The position numbers were made by a program, and so were the translations under genes. 64,000 nt of DNA from Leptolyngbyaceae cyanobacterium (GTDB lineage: Bacteria > Cyanobacteriota > Cyanobacteriia > Phormidesmidales > Phormidesmidaceae), in contig CBDHHL010000032.1 in NCBI GenBank assembly GCA_965263355.1, positions 160,001 to 224,000 on the forward strand, read 5' to 3'. Shown here in pieces: positions 62,020 to 64,000 of this stretch. Below the pieces are notes generated by a model, which was not told the origin of the DNA, searched no databases, and worked only from the letters and a program-made list of their open reading frames with translations. The stretch's first letter is position 1; the number at the start of each line of letters is the position of its first letter.

Positions 62020-62436
62020 TTATCCAATCATTCCATGGCGGGTAATCCAGACGGTGACCATGGCCGTTGCAAGAAATGTGAGCACCGCAATTAGCGATCG
62101 CAACGACAGTCGCCCCAGACCGCAAACCCCATGTCCACTAGTACAGCCATTACCCAACCGGGTGCCAAATCCGACCAGAAAGCCACCAAGAATCATTATG
62201 CCAGGGGCAAGCTCAGGTCGAGGCGTCGGCTGGGTAGCCAAACCATACTCATAGAGAACACCCCCCAGGAGCATGCCAGCTAGAAACAGCCAGCGCCAAA
62301 CCTCATTTCCCTGGATCGCGCCGTTAACAATGCCGCTAATCCCTGCAATCCGACCATTAAGCGCCAGCAGTAGTGTGGCACTAAGTCCGATCAACACGCC
62401 ACCAAAGAGTGCTGTTTCCCAGGTCAGTTCTGCCAT
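62020..62436 (-). CDS. YeeE/YedE-family sulfur transporter, first half
   Basis: GRIAGISGI and GFGTRLGNGCTSGHGVCG. Confidence 0.9.
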   Translation of the reverse strand: MAELTWETALFGGVLIGLSATLLLALNGRIAGISGIVNGAIQGNEVWRWLFLAGMLLGGVLYEYGLATQPTPRPELAPGIMILGGFLVGFGTRLGNGCTSGHGVCGLGRLSLRSLIAVLTFLATAMVTVWITRHGMIG

Positions 62437-62459
62437 AAAACTATTCCAGTAAAAACTAT

Positions 62460-62479
62460 ACATGATTGCTTGGCTATAT
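62460..62479. promoter_or_regulatory. Putative ArsR operator 4
   Basis: ACATGATTG-CT-TGGCTATAT. Confidence 0.45.
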
Positions 62480-62512
62480 AGTATTATAATCCCTTTAGGC
62501 TGTAACCGGTCA

Positions 62513-62815
62513 ATGAACCAGCAACCCTGGCAATTCAAGGAAACGATTCTGTCCCTGCAAACAGGTTGGTTAACTGTGATTGGAGAAAAGCTTAAAACAC
62601 CCCAGGGCAGGCTACTGGACTATTGGCGTGTTGAAAAAGCAGATTCAGTGATTGTGTTACCGATTCACCGGCAACAACTGCTACTGCCACCACCGGTCTA
62701 TCGCCCTGGCGTGGACCAAGCCACCTGGGACTTTCCCGGAGGGCGATGCCCTGAAGGTCAGAGCCTCCATACGGCTGCAACAACAATTCTCCAACGGGAA
62801 CTTGGGATTGTTCAC
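62513..62815 (+). pseudogene. 3'-truncated NUDIX hydrolase
   Basis: LDYWRVEKADSVIVLP, YRPG and DFPGGR..E.....A...LQRELGI, then runs into the arsR promoter. Confidence 0.7.
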
Positions 62816-62825
62816 TCTGCGCTAT

Positions 62826-62845
62826 ATTCAACTCTATGGTAATAT
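62826..62845. promoter_or_regulatory. Putative ArsR operator 5 (autoregulatory)
   Basis: ATTCAACTC-TA-TGGTAATAT upstream of arsR. Confidence 0.5.
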
Positions 62846-62905
62846 GGTAAATGACCTATAAGTTGTTCTAATCCTTCACAGCTTCTGTAAATTTCATTAT
62901 CGGCT

Positions 62906-63328
62906 ATGCCTGCTGTCAAAAAGTCTAGAAAGAAAGCATCCAAAACCTCAACGGCTACAGTTGACTCATCAGACTGTGGTGTCATGCAGCTTTCGCCAGA
63001 AGCACTGGCATTAATGGCCGATTTCTTTAAAGTTTTGTCTGAGGTGAGTCGGCTACAGATTGTATGCGCTTTGAAATCAGGTGACAAAAATGTGACAGAA
63101 ATTATTGAGATTACCGGGTTAGGACAGGCCAATGTGTCCAAACATCTCAAGATGCTGGCCCAAGCCGGGGTGGTCAGCCGTCGTCAGGAAGGTGTTTGTG
63201 TCTATTATCAAATCGCCAATCCATTTTTGTTTGAGCTTTGCGATCTGGTTTGTAATGCCCTATCCATTCAGATCGAACAGCAGTCACAGCAGTTTGAAGA
63301 ATTAGGTGCCATACGACAATCTCGTTAG
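62906..63328 (+). CDS. ArsR/SmtB-family regulator, BigR/SqrR-like
   Basis: FKVLSEVSRLQIVCAL, NVSKHL HTH and ELCDLVC; Cys in alpha2 and alpha5. Confidence 0.88.
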   Translation: MPAVKKSRKKASKTSTATVDSSDCGVMQLSPEALALMADFFKVLSEVSRLQIVCALKSGDKNVTEIIEITGLGQANVSKHLKMLAQAGVVSRRQEGVCVYYQIANPFLFELCDLVCNALSIQIEQQSQQFEELGAIRQSR

Positions 63329-63341
63329 GAGCTAGCGATCT

Positions 63342-64000
63342 CAGATGGGTGACAAGTTAACCCCATTGCTCGGTTGTCAAGAGGTGTCAGGCAGGGCATG
63401 GAAATAGGGGCTGAAGTCAAGTGTTTTAGGTGGTTTACGAATCGTCTTAATAACACTTAGGTCACGGTTTTCAGGAGCCGCTAAATACGCAACTGGGTCG
63501 GTTGCTAACCCATTATTATAGGCATGATTGAAATGGTAGAGACCCCGCCAGACCATTTTCATTGAGATGCGCTCAAGGGGCAATTGGACGGCCTCAGCGA
63601 CCGCATCCGACAAATCCACTAAGACCGCATACATGAGCCAGGTGGCCCAGATTTGCAACTTAATGCCATTGAGCGACCCGGTCCAGAGATAGGCTAACCC
63701 CAACAACCGCTTGACCAGGTGAAAGGCATCTTCAATTCTCCACCTGCGAGCATAGAGGTCAGCGACAACGTAAGGAGGCAATCGCTCCGGTTCTAAGACT
63801 GAGGTGAGATATCGATACCAGCCCTTGCCCTTTTTAATTTCAATCAGTCTCACCCGAAGAAGAGACTTTCCCTGGGCATCTTTGCCAATCTCAATCAATT
63901 GGTCTTTTAACCGGGGGGTGAGACTGAATGGCGCAATGACGGTATAGGTCAAATTGGATTTAGTGGCACAGATAAAATCAACCTGTTTGACCACCAACTG
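63342..64000 (-). mobile_element. IS4-family element; transposase 3' part runs off the window
   Basis: LYARRWRIEDAFHLVK (Y-2-R-3-E-6-K signature); end cagatgggtgacaagttaa at 63342. Confidence 0.88.

Larger units (their letters stand above)
618..62101. repeat. HIP1 octamer GCGATCGC dispersed through the window
   Basis: More than 20 copies seen by eye, e.g. 618, ~9860, ~14770, ~25043, ~40606, ~56237 and ~62094. Confidence 0.9.

Noticed and set aside
1..64000. tRNA, rRNA, CRISPR-Cas, retron/RT or prophage genes
   Set aside because: None recognised by eye

Overview
Cyanobacterial chromosomal window; the HIP1 octamer GCGATCGC recurs throughout, and the gene set resembles filamentous Leptolyngbya-type strains (lineage is inference). 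The first ~58 kb is mostly housekeeping and signalling genes: moeA, pepP, gor, ALDH, kinases, a 4-gene glycosylation cluster, murQ, tsaC, a REC-GGDEF-EAL protein, a class III cyclase, a stand-alone fusA, larE, rpsD, Co/Ni ECF genes, ndhD, thrB, thrS, nfi and infC. These are interspersed with GTAG-type REP hairpins and small MITEs. Features missing from the ORF track include a glutamine (glnA-type) riboswitch and NtcA-overlapped promoter driving a 56-aa DUF4278-like gene, a PsrR1-like sRNA upstream of fusA, and a ~240-nt structured ncRNA candidate. The most interesting region is 58.4-64 kb, an IS-scarred island. It holds a BigR/SqrR-type ArsR regulator, a YeeE/YedE pair, DUF302, DUF2892, an orphan petC Rieske gene and the ncRNA candidate. 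Five copies of one 9-2-9 palindrome sit in front of its transcription units, suggesting a persulfide/sulfide-responsive regulon linked to cytochrome b6f. All family assignments come from motif recognition by eye; no searches were run.
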